Below, piece after piece: positions 8,863-18,557 of a stretch of DNA of 64,000 bases. The notes beneath the pieces were generated by a model. The model was not told the origin of the DNA, made no database searches, and was given only the letters and a program-made list of their open reading frames with translations. Within the stretch, counting starts at the first letter, position 1; every line of letters begins with the position of its first letter. The DNA comes from Prevotellaceae bacterium (GTDB taxonomy: Bacteria > Bacteroidota > Bacteroidia > Bacteroidales > Bacteroidaceae): NCBI GenBank assembly GCA_030531085.1, contig JAUNOM010000002.1:11094-75093 (forward strand), written 5' to 3'. Made by a program: the position numbers and the translations under genes.

Positions 8863-11607
8863 TTACTCCCAGACATCTCTTGTCAACTGACTTCTGTCAA
8901 ACAGCAGCACGCCGTCTATCTGATGCACAACAGCATTTGATGATGATGACAGGGTGGCTGTCTCTGATCCTGGAGTGCCCATGATCCAGTACTCACGGCA
9001 TATCCTGTTGTACAGACCGCCAGTCTTCATCACATTGCGTGTGTTGCCCAGCTGGTCCCTCACTGTATAGTTGCTGCCGTCAGCAGAAACTGTGAAGGAG
9101 AAGTATCTGTTGTTAGCCGGGTTCAGCTTGGCAGACTCGTACTGCTCGCCGCTGACATTGTCGCCGCCGATACACACCGCGCGGTCCTGTATATGGTAAC
9201 GTACAAAGTCATGTATGCGGTTCGCTATCTTGGTCATCAGCACCTCGTTCTCTGCCTCGCTCGCCTTGTTGTACTGATCCCATGTAGGCAGGCAGCCGTC
9301 ATCTATCAGTTCCTGTATAGCCTCGTCAGTAGGCACATACACAGTGTAGTTATAGTTATCGAAGAGCCTGATGTTTTTGTTCTCGAGATAGTTTGCACAC
9401 CTGTAGGAACCGTCTTTCGCAGAGAGGAAGTTGTCAGCAGACTCATCACCGGCAAGAAGACTGTAGAACAGCTTGCACTTGCTTCCCGGCTTCTCACTCT
9501 CCTCCTTCAGCAGCTGGTACACAGACTTGCTGGCTGTCATAGGCATAGAAACGATCTTGTCTGCGTCATTCTCGGAGCATACGCCGTATGTCACACCGTT
9601 ACCAGTGCTGCCCATGTCGTATGTATGCTCTGCAGCCACGCTCACGGTGTTGCCTGTCTCCATCTGCCATCCGCCCTCAAAGTGCATGGCACCGTTATTC
9701 CTGTAGGCCTTCATGATGCTGCCGCCCTTGGTCTGGTAATATGTCTTGCCGGATGTGATGTCACTGACAATGATGCTGTTGTCAATGATGTCATACAGAC
9801 GGTTGCTTATCACCGAAGAGGACAAATTCCTTGAAGTGGACATATCCACACTGACATTGCCGGCATCGTCCACAGTACACTTGTATGATGTGCCTGTTAT
9901 CACCTCATTGTCAAATGTGAACTCGAAGAGGTTCTGCTGTGCCATACCGTATGAGCATGGATCTATATAGCGGAACGTCTTCTGGCCCGGACGCAGTGGG
10001 TTCAGGGAAGGGGTAACGTTATATGGTATCACGACAGAGAAGCGTGAGTCCATGGCGTTAAGGTAAGGGGTGAAGTCCATAGCCGCAGACTGTGTCATGG
10101 ATGTACCCGTAGCTGTAGGATAAGTACCTGTTATGGCATTGTATGCTATAAATGTTTTTGAATCCCTCTGGTGCAGTGCAGGAGCTATGACAGAACGGTA
10201 TATCACAGGGGCGAACACTCTGTTCACCACATATACCACACCGTTGCATCCCATATAGCAGGCCTTGATGTCACCCTTGGTTATTCCAAGCTGTCCCTGT
10301 CCGTCATCAAGCACAGAGGAGAACTTGGAAGGCACGGACTCGACAAAGGACTCCTGCATATTCACGTTTATCAGCTTGGCGAGTGTGGCGTATGGCACAT
10401 TCTCCCAAGTGCCGTATTGCTCACGCAGACCTGCGCCGCCGCCATTCTGCCACCAGTCCTGCAGAGCCTCGTCGGTAGGCACGATCATCGCACCCGCGTC
10501 ATAGTGCATATCCTTCGTCTGGCTGTTGTAGATGTACTGGTTCCATCCTGGGTCAAACTTCAGCACATCCGTCTCCAGCAGGCTTACATCGCTGTTAGGC
10601 AGAGTCAGCAAGCGTCTGCGGCCCACGGCACCGTTGAAGTATCTCAAGTTGTACACAGAGTCCTGCGTATCAAAGAGCGTACGGTATTCCCTCAAGTCAT
10701 TACCCGTTACAGGATAAGGGCAGGAATATCTCTTCAGGAAGCTGGCCCACAGCGATGTCTCGGGCAGGCTGTTGATAATCTCCGCCATATTCTGCGTGCC
10801 GTCAATGACTCCGTCTATCACATATATGTATCCGTTCTTACACGTCTGCTCGGAGCTGATGACCTTCTTGCCGTTAATCCACGAATCCGAAATGGAGTTG
10901 GACTGTCCGTTGGTTATAATGCTGAGGTCCTCGTCAGTGATGCTGTTCTTTGCCATGAACTCGGGCAGGAAGTGTATCATCGGTGCCGATGAGGCATCCT
11001 TGAATATCTTTATGTCCTGTCCCTTGTAACGGCGCGCGGCCCATGCGTCCTTCTCCGGAGAGCCAAGGGCATTCACTGGCATATCCACCACCCTGTAGGT
11101 CGGGATGGAGTCATAGATGGACGCCGATGACTCACGGCGCATACACATTCCCTCCTGCGGAGGATTACCGCTGACATTGGACATCAGCTCCAGCAGATAG
11201 GCATTGTTAATCATGGAATTGTTGAACAAGGCCCTCTTCTGTGCCAGACTCAGCTGATCGTAGGTGACACCTTTGGCACGGAACCACTCCTCATAGACAT
11301 CGTCCGGCACAGCAAACACTGTCTTGGAACCAGTCTTTGACAATGTCTCGCTATAGCCGAGATCGTCAATGAGGCGCAGCGTAGTGCTGAAGGTCCTTGT
11401 CGTACCGTCATCCACCGTGATGCCATCCTGCAGACGCTCACTGATGGAGTTACCAAGCCACTCCGGCTGTCCCGTAAGAATGTCCTTGTCACATGACTGC
11501 ATCATGCCGGCGCCAAAGAGGAACCCACAAGCAGCAAACATGTTCACGGTTGCCCTACGGCCCCATGAACCACGTGCGTTGTCCTTCTTCGCATCTTTTT
11601 TTCTCAT
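8863..11607 (-). CDS. Multi-fasciclin domain lipoprotein
   Basis: Lipobox MQSC; FAS1 motifs KTVFAVPDD, KNGYIYVIDGVI, NGVVYVVNRV, YTVYVPTDEA, NAVVHQIDGVL. Confidence 0.85.
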   Translation of the reverse strand: MRKKDAKKDNARGSWGRRATVNMFAACGFLFGAGMMQSCDKDILTGQPEWLGNSISERLQDGITVDDGTTRTFSTTLRLIDDLGYSETLSKTGSKTVFAVPDDVYEEWFRAKGVTYDQLSLAQKRALFNNSMINNAYLLELMSNVSGNPPQEGMCMRRESSASIYDSIPTYRVVDMPVNALGSPEKDAWAARRYKGQDIKIFKDASSAPMIHFLPEFMAKNSITDEDLSIITNGQSNSISDSWINGKKVISSEQTCKNGYIYVIDGVIDGTQNMAEIINSLPETSLWASFLKRYSCPYPVTGNDLREYRTLFDTQDSVYNLRYFNGAVGRRRLLTLPNSDVSLLETDVLKFDPGWNQYIYNSQTKDMHYDAGAMIVPTDEALQDWWQNGGGAGLREQYGTWENVPYATLAKLINVNMQESFVESVPSKFSSVLDDGQGQLGITKGDIKACYMGCNGVVYVVNRVFAPVIYRSVIAPALHQRDSKTFIAYNAITGTYPTATGTSMTQSAAMDFTPYLNAMDSRFSVVIPYNVTPSLNPLRPGQKTFRYIDPCSYGMAQQNLFEFTFDNEVITGTSYKCTVDDAGNVSVDMSTSRNLSSSVISNRLYDIIDNSIIVSDITSGKTYYQTKGGSIMKAYRNNGAMHFEGGWQMETGNTVSVAAEHTYDMGSTGNGVTYGVCSENDADKIVSMPMTASKSVYQLLKEESEKPGSKCKLFYSLLAGDESADNFLSAKDGSYRCANYLENKNIRLFDNYNYTVYVPTDEAIQELIDDGCLPTWDQYNKASEAENEVLMTKIANRIHDFVRYHIQDRAVCIGGDNVSGEQYESAKLNPANNRYFSFTVSADGSNYTVRDQLGNTRNVMKTGGLYNRICREYWIMGTPGSETATLSSSSNAVVHQIDGVLLFDRSQLTRDVWE

Positions 11608-11878
11608 AGTAGGTTAGCGTTTATTTTTGTTTGTAGTTTATGTTTCTGTACTTTTTCGGCAGTCTTGCCTGCCTTCTCTGTGTATGTTATATATAATGGT
11701 CACCACCATAATGTGGCTGGATATATTCTGAATTATGTTTCTATGGATACCACACGCCCATATAACAAAGGCATCCGCTCATTTACAAATCACTCCTCTC
11801 TAAACCCGTGTGTCTGTGTATTGCACTCCCGTTGTCCTTACACCTTATTATATATAGGGGGCAGACTCGTGAGTTGAA

Positions 11879-11926
11879 AATTACAGAAGCAGAGCCACCG
11901 CCTCAACGGGGCCTACTTCTGTAATT
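11879..11926 (-). terminator. Stem-loop downstream of the 12007-15552 gene
   Basis: AATTACAGAAG / CTTCTGTAATT inverted repeat. Confidence 0.55.
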
Positions 11927-12006
11927 CCATTGTTCATATACTATGTGTCTTCATATTCATGCAGGACGCGATAGTTTATGCTGATCATTAATCACCTAAT
12001 TGTTAC

Positions 12007-15000
12007 TTACTTCACAAGAACAGTCTTGCTTGTCACATTGCCCTCAGCGTCTGCGGTGACAACGATGTTGACACCCTTCTGCAGAGATGTGTGCTCTACG
12101 CCGTCAGCAGTGTAGATCTTAACTGACTTAACCTCGCCAGCGCTCTCTACGCCCTTGACATCGTTCCAGCCATTCTCCTCGGCAGAGCTGTTTGTGCCAA
12201 GATACATGAGACGGAAGTTGTCCATTGCTACCCAGACATTGTCCTTATCACAACGTACACCTACGCGGAGCTTACCGTCTGTAACCTTGATGTTCACACC
12301 GTTTACATAACGGCCCTGATCGAAGTAAGCTACGGAGCTGACAACGTCATTCGGCATATTGTACTTAACACCATCGTTGTTTGTATACTGCTGCTCACTG
12401 CCCTGTCCTATAGGCTCTGTGCTTGCATTGATGTCACTTGCACGGTTCTCTATAGCATGCTCAACAGTTGTCTCGCCTGATGTAGCGTAGAAGACAGCTG
12501 GTGAAGCCACTCCGGCTACATAGTCATCATATCCCTTCTCGGTAGAGCAGAATGCGTTAACGCTTACCTGATATGTACCGTTAGGAACAACGATGTCCTG
12601 ATAGAGGTCTATCTTCTTGTGATACCATTCTGCAGCGAGTGCAGCCTTCTGAGTGTCGCTGTTACCGAAGCTGCCATCGAAGCCCTGCCATCCCTCTGAA
12701 GAGTTAGCGCCGTCCTTCTCGAAGCCGGCAGACAGTATCAGAGCTGTCATGTCAACAGGCTCTGCGTCTGTAGCGTTCTCATAGCCTGCAGGCAGTGAGA
12801 GCTTGTAGCGGCATTCAGCGAGCTTGGCGCTGATTTCCTTAGCCTCCGCATTGGTCTTGCCCTCAAGGGTAACCTCTGCAAGATAGTTAGCGACTTCAGC
12901 CTTCACATCGTCAGCGGCAGCAGACTCTGCAACAATGTTGTTGAGGTCGTCAATATTGGTCTGGATAGCTGCGAAAAGTTTAACAGACTGCTCGATAGAG
13001 TCATTATTACTAAAGATAGCAGCAAGAGCCTTAAACATCTCAACACCGTCAGCAGTTGCTATAGCGCCATTACCATTCTGGATCAGAGTCTCTGTGTTGC
13101 TCTTCACATCTGTACCCATAAGCTGTGTGAGATCTATAGCACCGATAGCCTTCTCCAGCTCCGGCTGCAGAATCTCTGCCTTATAGCCCTGATATACAAG
13201 ATTGAAGCGTGTGAAGATAGCCCAAGAGTCACCCTCCTGTGTTGTGGTGCCCTTCATGCCGATACGGAGAGGATCCCCCTTCTTTGCAACAAGACCGAAT
13301 GCTGACACTTTATAAGCATCATGATCAAATGCGAGACCTGCATCAGCCATATTGTTTGGATATGTGTACTTCACGCCATTCACCTCTGGACCTGTATAGT
13401 AGTCACCTGTGTAATATTCAGATTTCCCTTCAGCTGTACATGGTACACCATACTCGAATACGTTGGCCAGCGGAGTCTTGTTATCATTCAGGTATACGTA
13501 TGCCGGTGTCTCTGGCACTGTCGGCTTTGGCAAACCTGTTGCCTCATCAAAGTAGAACTTCCATGCGTTGTCACCACGTCCACGGCGGTAGAAGCCCTGT
13601 ACAGAAACCTCATAACAACCTACAGGCGCACCCTCAATCTCCTGCCAAATATCGAAGTCTGAACTGTTCCATGCCTCAGCACACTTTGCACCAGAATTAG
13701 CAGCAACGTTACCGCCGTTGCCCTTATGGCCCCAGCCATCCCAGCCAGCAGAGAAATCACGGTTCTTTATTCTGTCGGTAAAGTCTGTACCAGGTGTGAT
13801 GGAGTTCTGCTGTGCATTCTCACGCATTTCCTTAACTTTGGCAGTCTCGGCAATAAGCAGTTCTGTAGTGAGCTCTCTTGCCTCAATTATCATATCTGCC
13901 TCAAGATCTACATAGTCTGCAAGTTCTTCAACATCGGGACCCTGATAATTGTCATTTCCTGTAATGCTCTTAGCCATTTCCAGCTCTTCCTGATAAGCCT
14001 TCCATGCGGCGATATTAGCCTCTACGTCAGCCTGTGCAGCCTCAACGGCAGCCTTGTTCTTCATCACATCCTCGTAAGTAGCGGCTGTGGCAGCAGCTTC
14101 CCTTACATGGTTATACTCCTCAAGTGCAACAGTGCTAACCAGCACATCGTCAGCGTTGTAAACAGGTGCCTGTGAGAGCACGTCATCATTCAGCAGCTGA
14201 TAAGCGTCAGCGCCGTTACCGTAATACTTCAGACCGAAGTTGTCAAAGATAGACCAGTCATTATTTTCCTTTGTATCCTTCTTGACACCTATTCTCATAG
14301 AGCCTTCAGTCACGGCGAACATTACCTTATTGTTCTTATAATAGCCCGCATCGAAGTAATTGGTAGCACCCTTCATGGAACTTGGCACTGTATAGTTTTG
14401 GCCATCCTTTACGTATGTCTGGGTCTGTCCGTCTGAAACATCATTCTTCTCTGGCTCAATACCAGCATAAATGCTCAAGATAGAACTTGTAAGGGTATCA
14501 TTCTGCGCCTCATCAGCCTTGATGTTTGTGGCATACAGCTTTGCAGCTCCACCTCTATGGTTTACGAGGTCGTCCCATGAGCCAGAGTAACGATAGAAGC
14601 CATCAGCAGTAAGCGCCCACACACCGTTAGGAACATTGTCAAACTTCTGCCAAGTATCGTATGTCTTGTTATAATGCTCCGCACAAGTACTTGTTGTACC
14701 ACCTGCACCGAACTTATCTCCAGACCAACCATCGAAATTGCCAATGACATCGAATGTGCGGTTCTCTATCATAGAGCTCATGTCAGCAGGTTCTGCAGCA
14801 GTGCCCTTGCTTGCCCTAAAGTCAATTATAGCCTGCTTTACATTAGCCGCAGCCTCACCAAGAGCCTCTGCTGTAGCAGCCTCGTCAGCATAGACAGCCT
14901 CGTACTGTGCCAGTCCCGGTACGCCAGCCTCGTCAGCCTCTACCAGTACAGCCCACAACTTCTTCAGAGCGTCATTTGTCGCGAGGATGTCAGCACGGAG

Positions 15001-15552
15001 TGCAACGTTTGTTGTGTACTCCTCTTCTGTAACAGCATACCATGTGTAGCTGAAGTTCTCCCTGTCCTGTGGATAGAGGAACAGCTGCTTCTCTGTCTGG
15101 TCACCTTTCTCTGCACCGAAAACGCCTTCAGCGGCTGCAGGGTTAGAAATCACGAATGTACCGTCAGCGGCCTGCTCAAACACCCAGGCATCAACATTGG
15201 CACCATTGTTATTATCTACATAGATGTCGCTTGGACCACCTGCGAACATCTTACGGTACTCGCGGAATTTCTCCACAGAGTCTCTGATGGCATACATACC
15301 ACCTAAATCCTCGACCTTCACCTTGAAGCCTTTCGCCATATTGACACAGGCACGTGTGTCGTATGGCTGGCCACCCATGAAATAGGACTGTGTACCGACA
15401 TTGTAAAGATACTGTACTGTAGCATTATCTGTAGCCAATGTTGCCTTAGCGGGATCAGGAATAGGGAGAACCCTTTCCGTAACCGTTAGAGCGGCCTGTG
15501 ATGATGCAACTGCAAACATACCTCCACAAAGAAGTAATTTTTTTAGTTTCAT
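12007..15552 (-). CDS. Large secreted protein with three repeated beta-rich domains, helical linkers and a T9SS-type C-terminal domain
   Basis: Signal peptide; three repeats of D(M/F)(S/T)xxI...F...AE.(W/Y)...D..Q...P.G.(W/Y)....(G/A)F; C-terminus VKIYTADGVEHTSLQKGVNIV...KTVLVK. Confidence 0.75.
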   Translation of the reverse strand: MKLKKLLLCGGMFAVASSQAALTVTERVLPIPDPAKATLATDNATVQYLYNVGTQSYFMGGQPYDTRACVNMAKGFKVKVEDLGGMYAIRDSVEKFREYRKMFAGGPSDIYVDNNNGANVDAWVFEQAADGTFVISNPAAAEGVFGAEKGDQTEKQLFLYPQDRENFSYTWYAVTEEEYTTNVALRADILATNDALKKLWAVLVEADEAGVPGLAQYEAVYADEAATAEALGEAAANVKQAIIDFRASKGTAAEPADMSSMIENRTFDVIGNFDGWSGDKFGAGGTTSTCAEHYNKTYDTWQKFDNVPNGVWALTADGFYRYSGSWDDLVNHRGGAAKLYATNIKADEAQNDTLTSSILSIYAGIEPEKNDVSDGQTQTYVKDGQNYTVPSSMKGATNYFDAGYYKNNKVMFAVTEGSMRIGVKKDTKENNDWSIFDNFGLKYYGNGADAYQLLNDDVLSQAPVYNADDVLVSTVALEEYNHVREAAATAATYEDVMKNKAAVEAAQADVEANIAAWKAYQEELEMAKSITGNDNYQGPDVEELADYVDLEADMIIEARELTTELLIAETAKVKEMRENAQQNSITPGTDFTDRIKNRDFSAGWDGWGHKGNGGNVAANSGAKCAEAWNSSDFDIWQEIEGAPVGCYEVSVQGFYRRGRGDNAWKFYFDEATGLPKPTVPETPAYVYLNDNKTPLANVFEYGVPCTAEGKSEYYTGDYYTGPEVNGVKYTYPNNMADAGLAFDHDAYKVSAFGLVAKKGDPLRIGMKGTTTQEGDSWAIFTRFNLVYQGYKAEILQPELEKAIGAIDLTQLMGTDVKSNTETLIQNGNGAIATADGVEMFKALAAIFSNNDSIEQSVKLFAAIQTNIDDLNNIVAESAAADDVKAEVANYLAEVTLEGKTNAEAKEISAKLAECRYKLSLPAGYENATDAEPVDMTALILSAGFEKDGANSSEGWQGFDGSFGNSDTQKAALAAEWYHKKIDLYQDIVVPNGTYQVSVNAFCSTEKGYDDYVAGVASPAVFYATSGETTVEHAIENRASDINASTEPIGQGSEQQYTNNDGVKYNMPNDVVSSVAYFDQGRYVNGVNIKVTDGKLRVGVRCDKDNVWVAMDNFRLMYLGTNSSAEENGWNDVKGVESAGEVKSVKIYTADGVEHTSLQKGVNIVVTADAEGNVTSKTVLVK

Positions 15553-15677
15553 AACAGTAGTAATTAAGTTAGTGAATATAATATAATAATGTATTTACAC
15601 CGTTTTATTTCTCGTCTGACGTATTGTTATACGAACCAGCAAGACCATGCACTTAGATAATTTTATGAAATATGACG

Positions 15678-15685
15678 CAAATTTA
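15678..15685 (-). promoter_or_regulatory. Bacteroidota sigma70 -7 box (TAAATTTG)
   Basis: Matches TAnnTTTG on the minus strand, ~125 nt upstream of the start at 15552. Confidence 0.6.
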
Positions 15686-15768
15686 TAAATTTTTTCTTAG
15701 TTTCCGACTGATACGAATGACCAAAATCAATTTGTTAGCATTTTTTAACTACTCAAGGGGGAAGATGG

Positions 15769-15879
15769 TTTTAGTTCTTAGTTATGAATTATGAGTTGTG
15801 GGTTAGGCCATCAGTGGAATGCGGCTAATAACTCATAATTCATCACTCACAACTCATCATTGATAATTAAGAACTAAAA
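15769..15879. repeat. Heptamer-period imperfect palindrome A
   Basis: TTTTAGTTCTTAGTTATGAATTATGAGTTG ... AACTCATAATTCAT...TAAGAACTAAAA. Confidence 0.85.
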
Positions 15880-15887
15880 ACTACCAC

Positions 15888-17180
15888 TCAATCCTTCAGA
15901 CACGCAAGCGGGATAACCTTTACACCGTCCGGGCGAGTGTATGCCATGCTGCCGCCTGTAAGTATAATTAGCAGGTTCGGCTCACGTAATGGCACCTGTT
16001 TCTCCGTCTTGTTATATTCCTGTATGAGTCGTTTTATCTTCAACAGGTGTTCAGCCCCCTCCTCTATCTCGCGACTTCCCACTTTGCATTCAATGAGTGC
16101 ATATCTGCCATCTTCAAGATGTAGCACCAAATCCGCCTCTAAACCGTAGCGGTCACGATAATATGATATATGACTGTTGAAGTCTGCCGTGTAAGCCTTT
16201 AGATCACGTACACACATCTGTTCAAATATGAACCCGAATGTCTTCAGTTGTGTTTCCAGTGCTTCCGCATTCACTCCCATGGCGGCCACAGCAATGGAAG
16301 GGTCGGAGAAACAACGCTTGGGTATGCTGCGAATGGCTGTCTTGCTACGTATGGCAGGACACCAGGCATCTATATCCTGAATAACAAAGAGTTTCTCTAA
16401 TGCCCTAACATAGTCGTCAAATGTATCCATGGACAGTGTAATGTCTCCTGATGCTGTAACATCCGCAAGGATACTGGTTTTCTTGGCTAATGTGCTTATG
16501 TTACGGGCATACGAACGTATTATCTGTCTGGCGACCTTTGGATTACGTTGCTTCCTGTCAATGGTGGAGATGTCGTTGTCACAGACACTGTTGACATAGT
16601 CCTTTGCTATCAGCTGACTGGCCTTATCGTTCAACTGAAGCGTTGCCGGCCAACCGCCACGACAGGCGGCCTTTATCAACTTGGGGATGTCAAGACCACT
16701 GGATGCACCATCTATATTATAATCAGGATTGTCAAACAGTTCATGTACAGAGACCTCACCAGAAGACTCTTTAGATTCCCATAAGCTCATTGGGTACATT
16801 CTCATTCTGGTGATGCGCCCAGTACCAGTGTGATATATTCTATCCCTATCCACTGTATTACTACCAGTAAGGATATATTGACCTGGTGCGCCACCAGTAT
16901 TGTCTACCGAAGTACGCACGGCATCCCATAACGTAGGTACATCCTGCCACTCGTCAATCAGACGTGGCTGCTTTCCTTTCAACAACAATGAAGGCATGGT
17001 GGCAGCCGTGGCAAGATATTCATCACGTTTATCAGGATCCTGTAGCTTAATGACACTCTTAGCCTGCTGTTCGGCAGTGGTTGTCTTACCCGTCCATTTG
17101 GGGCCTTCTATCAGTACTGCGCCGAACGCCTCAAGCCTTTCTTGCAGCATTGTATCCGCCACTCTTGGTAAATACCTCAT
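15888..17180 (-). CDS. AAA-family ATPase with DUF4143 (C-terminal PD-(D/E)xK-like) domain
   Basis: Walker A GPKWTGKTT; Walker B RLIDEWQ; YILTGS; C-terminal YYRDRYGLEADLVL...ALIECK. Confidence 0.9.
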   Translation of the reverse strand: MRYLPRVADTMLQERLEAFGAVLIEGPKWTGKTTTAEQQAKSVIKLQDPDKRDEYLATAATMPSLLLKGKQPRLIDEWQDVPTLWDAVRTSVDNTGGAPGQYILTGSNTVDRDRIYHTGTGRITRMRMYPMSLWESKESSGEVSVHELFDNPDYNIDGASSGLDIPKLIKAACRGGWPATLQLNDKASQLIAKDYVNSVCDNDISTIDRKQRNPKVARQIIRSYARNISTLAKKTSILADVTASGDITLSMDTFDDYVRALEKLFVIQDIDAWCPAIRSKTAIRSIPKRCFSDPSIAVAAMGVNAEALETQLKTFGFIFEQMCVRDLKAYTADFNSHISYYRDRYGLEADLVLHLEDGRYALIECKVGSREIEEGAEHLLKIKRLIQEYNKTEKQVPLREPNLLIILTGGSMAYTRPDGVKVIPLACLKD

Positions 17181-17212
17181 AACTAAAAAATGTTTTAGAA
17201 GTTATTTTGCTG

Positions 17213-17286
17213 CAAAGATAACAATTTTTCTTCAAACCACAAAGCCCAATCGGTGTTTTTGTGGCATTTCAATCGGTGTTTTTGTG
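17213..17286 (-). promoter_or_regulatory. -7 box TATCTTTG with two upstream 17-bp direct repeats
   Basis: CAAAGATA at 17213-17220; CAATCGGTGTTTTTGTG at 17247 and 17270 (23-bp period). Confidence 0.65.
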
Positions 17287-17308
17287 ATAATTATTAGTTA
17301 TGAGCGGC

Positions 17309-17398
17309 TTTTAGTTCTTAGTTGTGAATGATGAGTTATGAGTCACCTACAACCTATAACCTATAACTCATCATTCATAACTCACAACTAAGAACTAA
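17309..17398. repeat. Heptamer-period imperfect palindrome B
   Basis: TTAGTTCTTAGTTGTGA (17311) / TCACAACTAAGAACTAA (17382-17398) is a perfect 17-bp inverted repeat; near-identical to palindrome A. Confidence 0.88.
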
Positions 17399-17403
17399 CA
17401 TCA

Positions 17404-18312
17404 TCACTGTCTCTTCGCCCTTGACTGTGTCACCAGCCATACACCAGAGAAGACAAGCACTACGGCGAGGAGCTGCGGCCACTGCAGGACACTGATGCCG
17501 AGAATGATGCTGGCAGCAACGGAAACGATGGGCTGCACGTAGTTATATACGCTGACTACGGTAGGCCGCAGTGTACGCTGGCCCACCATGGTGAGAATAT
17601 AGCTTATGTATGTACTGAAGAATACAACGTATGCCACCTCCCATATAGTGGAAACAGGCACTCCGCCCCACTCTATCGCCGCGACATGAGAGGCCGTGAA
17701 TGGTGTTATCATCACTGAAGCCCACAGAAACATCCATTTGTTGACGGTAAAGACGGAATATCGCTTTATCAGTGGATTGAACAGGGCGAGGTAAAGTGCG
17801 AACGAGAACTGTGCGCCAAGACACAGCAGGTCTCCACGTATGTCGCCCACCTTGTCAGACACCGCATTGGCACTGGTGAGAATGAGTATCAGGGCGCCGC
17901 TGCATCCCATCAGGACGCCACCGGCCTTCTTGCCCGTCAATGGCTCTCCAAGTATGATGGCTGACAGAACCATGGCGAAGATAGGCATGGAAGTGGTTAC
18001 GATAGAGGCGTTGACAGGAGATGTGATGCTAAGGCCGATGGTATAGCAGCACTGATTGAATACAAGTCCGAACAGTCCTGCACCGATAAAGCGCAGCTTG
18101 TCAGACAGTGGTACGTGCTCATGCTTGACAAAAAGGGATGTAATCCAGAAGAGGCACGCTCCTCCCACCACACGGAAGGTCACCATATCGATGCCCGTTA
18201 TGCCGTGGGTCATGGCATCCTTGCCGAGAGGTGCCATCAGTCCCCAAAAGGCGCAGGCCATAAACATGGATACGTGCGCAAGGATACGTTGATTTGCAGA
18301 TGTGTGTTTCAT
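17404..18312 (-). CDS. DMT/EamA family transporter
   Basis: 302 aa, ~10 hydrophobic segments, two EamA-like halves (FWG..., GDLLCL, YNYVQPIVS). Confidence 0.9.
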   Translation of the reverse strand: MKHTSANQRILAHVSMFMACAFWGLMAPLGKDAMTHGITGIDMVTFRVVGGACLFWITSLFVKHEHVPLSDKLRFIGAGLFGLVFNQCCYTIGLSITSPVNASIVTTSMPIFAMVLSAIILGEPLTGKKAGGVLMGCSGALILILTSANAVSDKVGDIRGDLLCLGAQFSFALYLALFNPLIKRYSVFTVNKWMFLWASVMITPFTASHVAAIEWGGVPVSTIWEVAYVVFFSTYISYILTMVGQRTLRPTVVSVYNYVQPIVSVAASIILGISVLQWPQLLAVVLVFSGVWLVTQSRAKRQ

Positions 18313-18344
18313 TGTTGTGTTATTCTGAATAGTTGGCTTTTTGA

Positions 18345-18551
18345 GGGTTGTGGGTTGTAGGTTTTGGGTTGTTGGTCTGTCCTCTGTGGCTTAATTGATG
18401 GTTGTTGGTTTGGGGGTATGGGTTGTGGGTCTTGTCCTCTGTGGCTTAATTGGTGGTTGTTGGTTGTGGGTTTTAGGTTGTGGGTCTGTCCTCTGTGACC
18501 TGAAACCGAAAGACCTTCAACCTAAAACCTACAACCAACAACCCCACAAAA
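18345..18551. repeat. Heptamer-period G/T-rich then C/A-rich palindrome C, with an internal ~55-bp triplication
   Basis: GGTTGTG-type units on the left, CCTAAAA/CCTACAA units on the right; GGTCTGTCCTCTGTG at 18374, 18428 (one extra T) and 18483. Confidence 0.85.
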
Positions 18552-18557
18552 CGTGCA

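Noticed and set aside
18374-18497. Possible mini CRISPR array
   Set aside because: Only three degenerate copies, the spacers are low-complexity heptamers, and there are no cas genes in the window.
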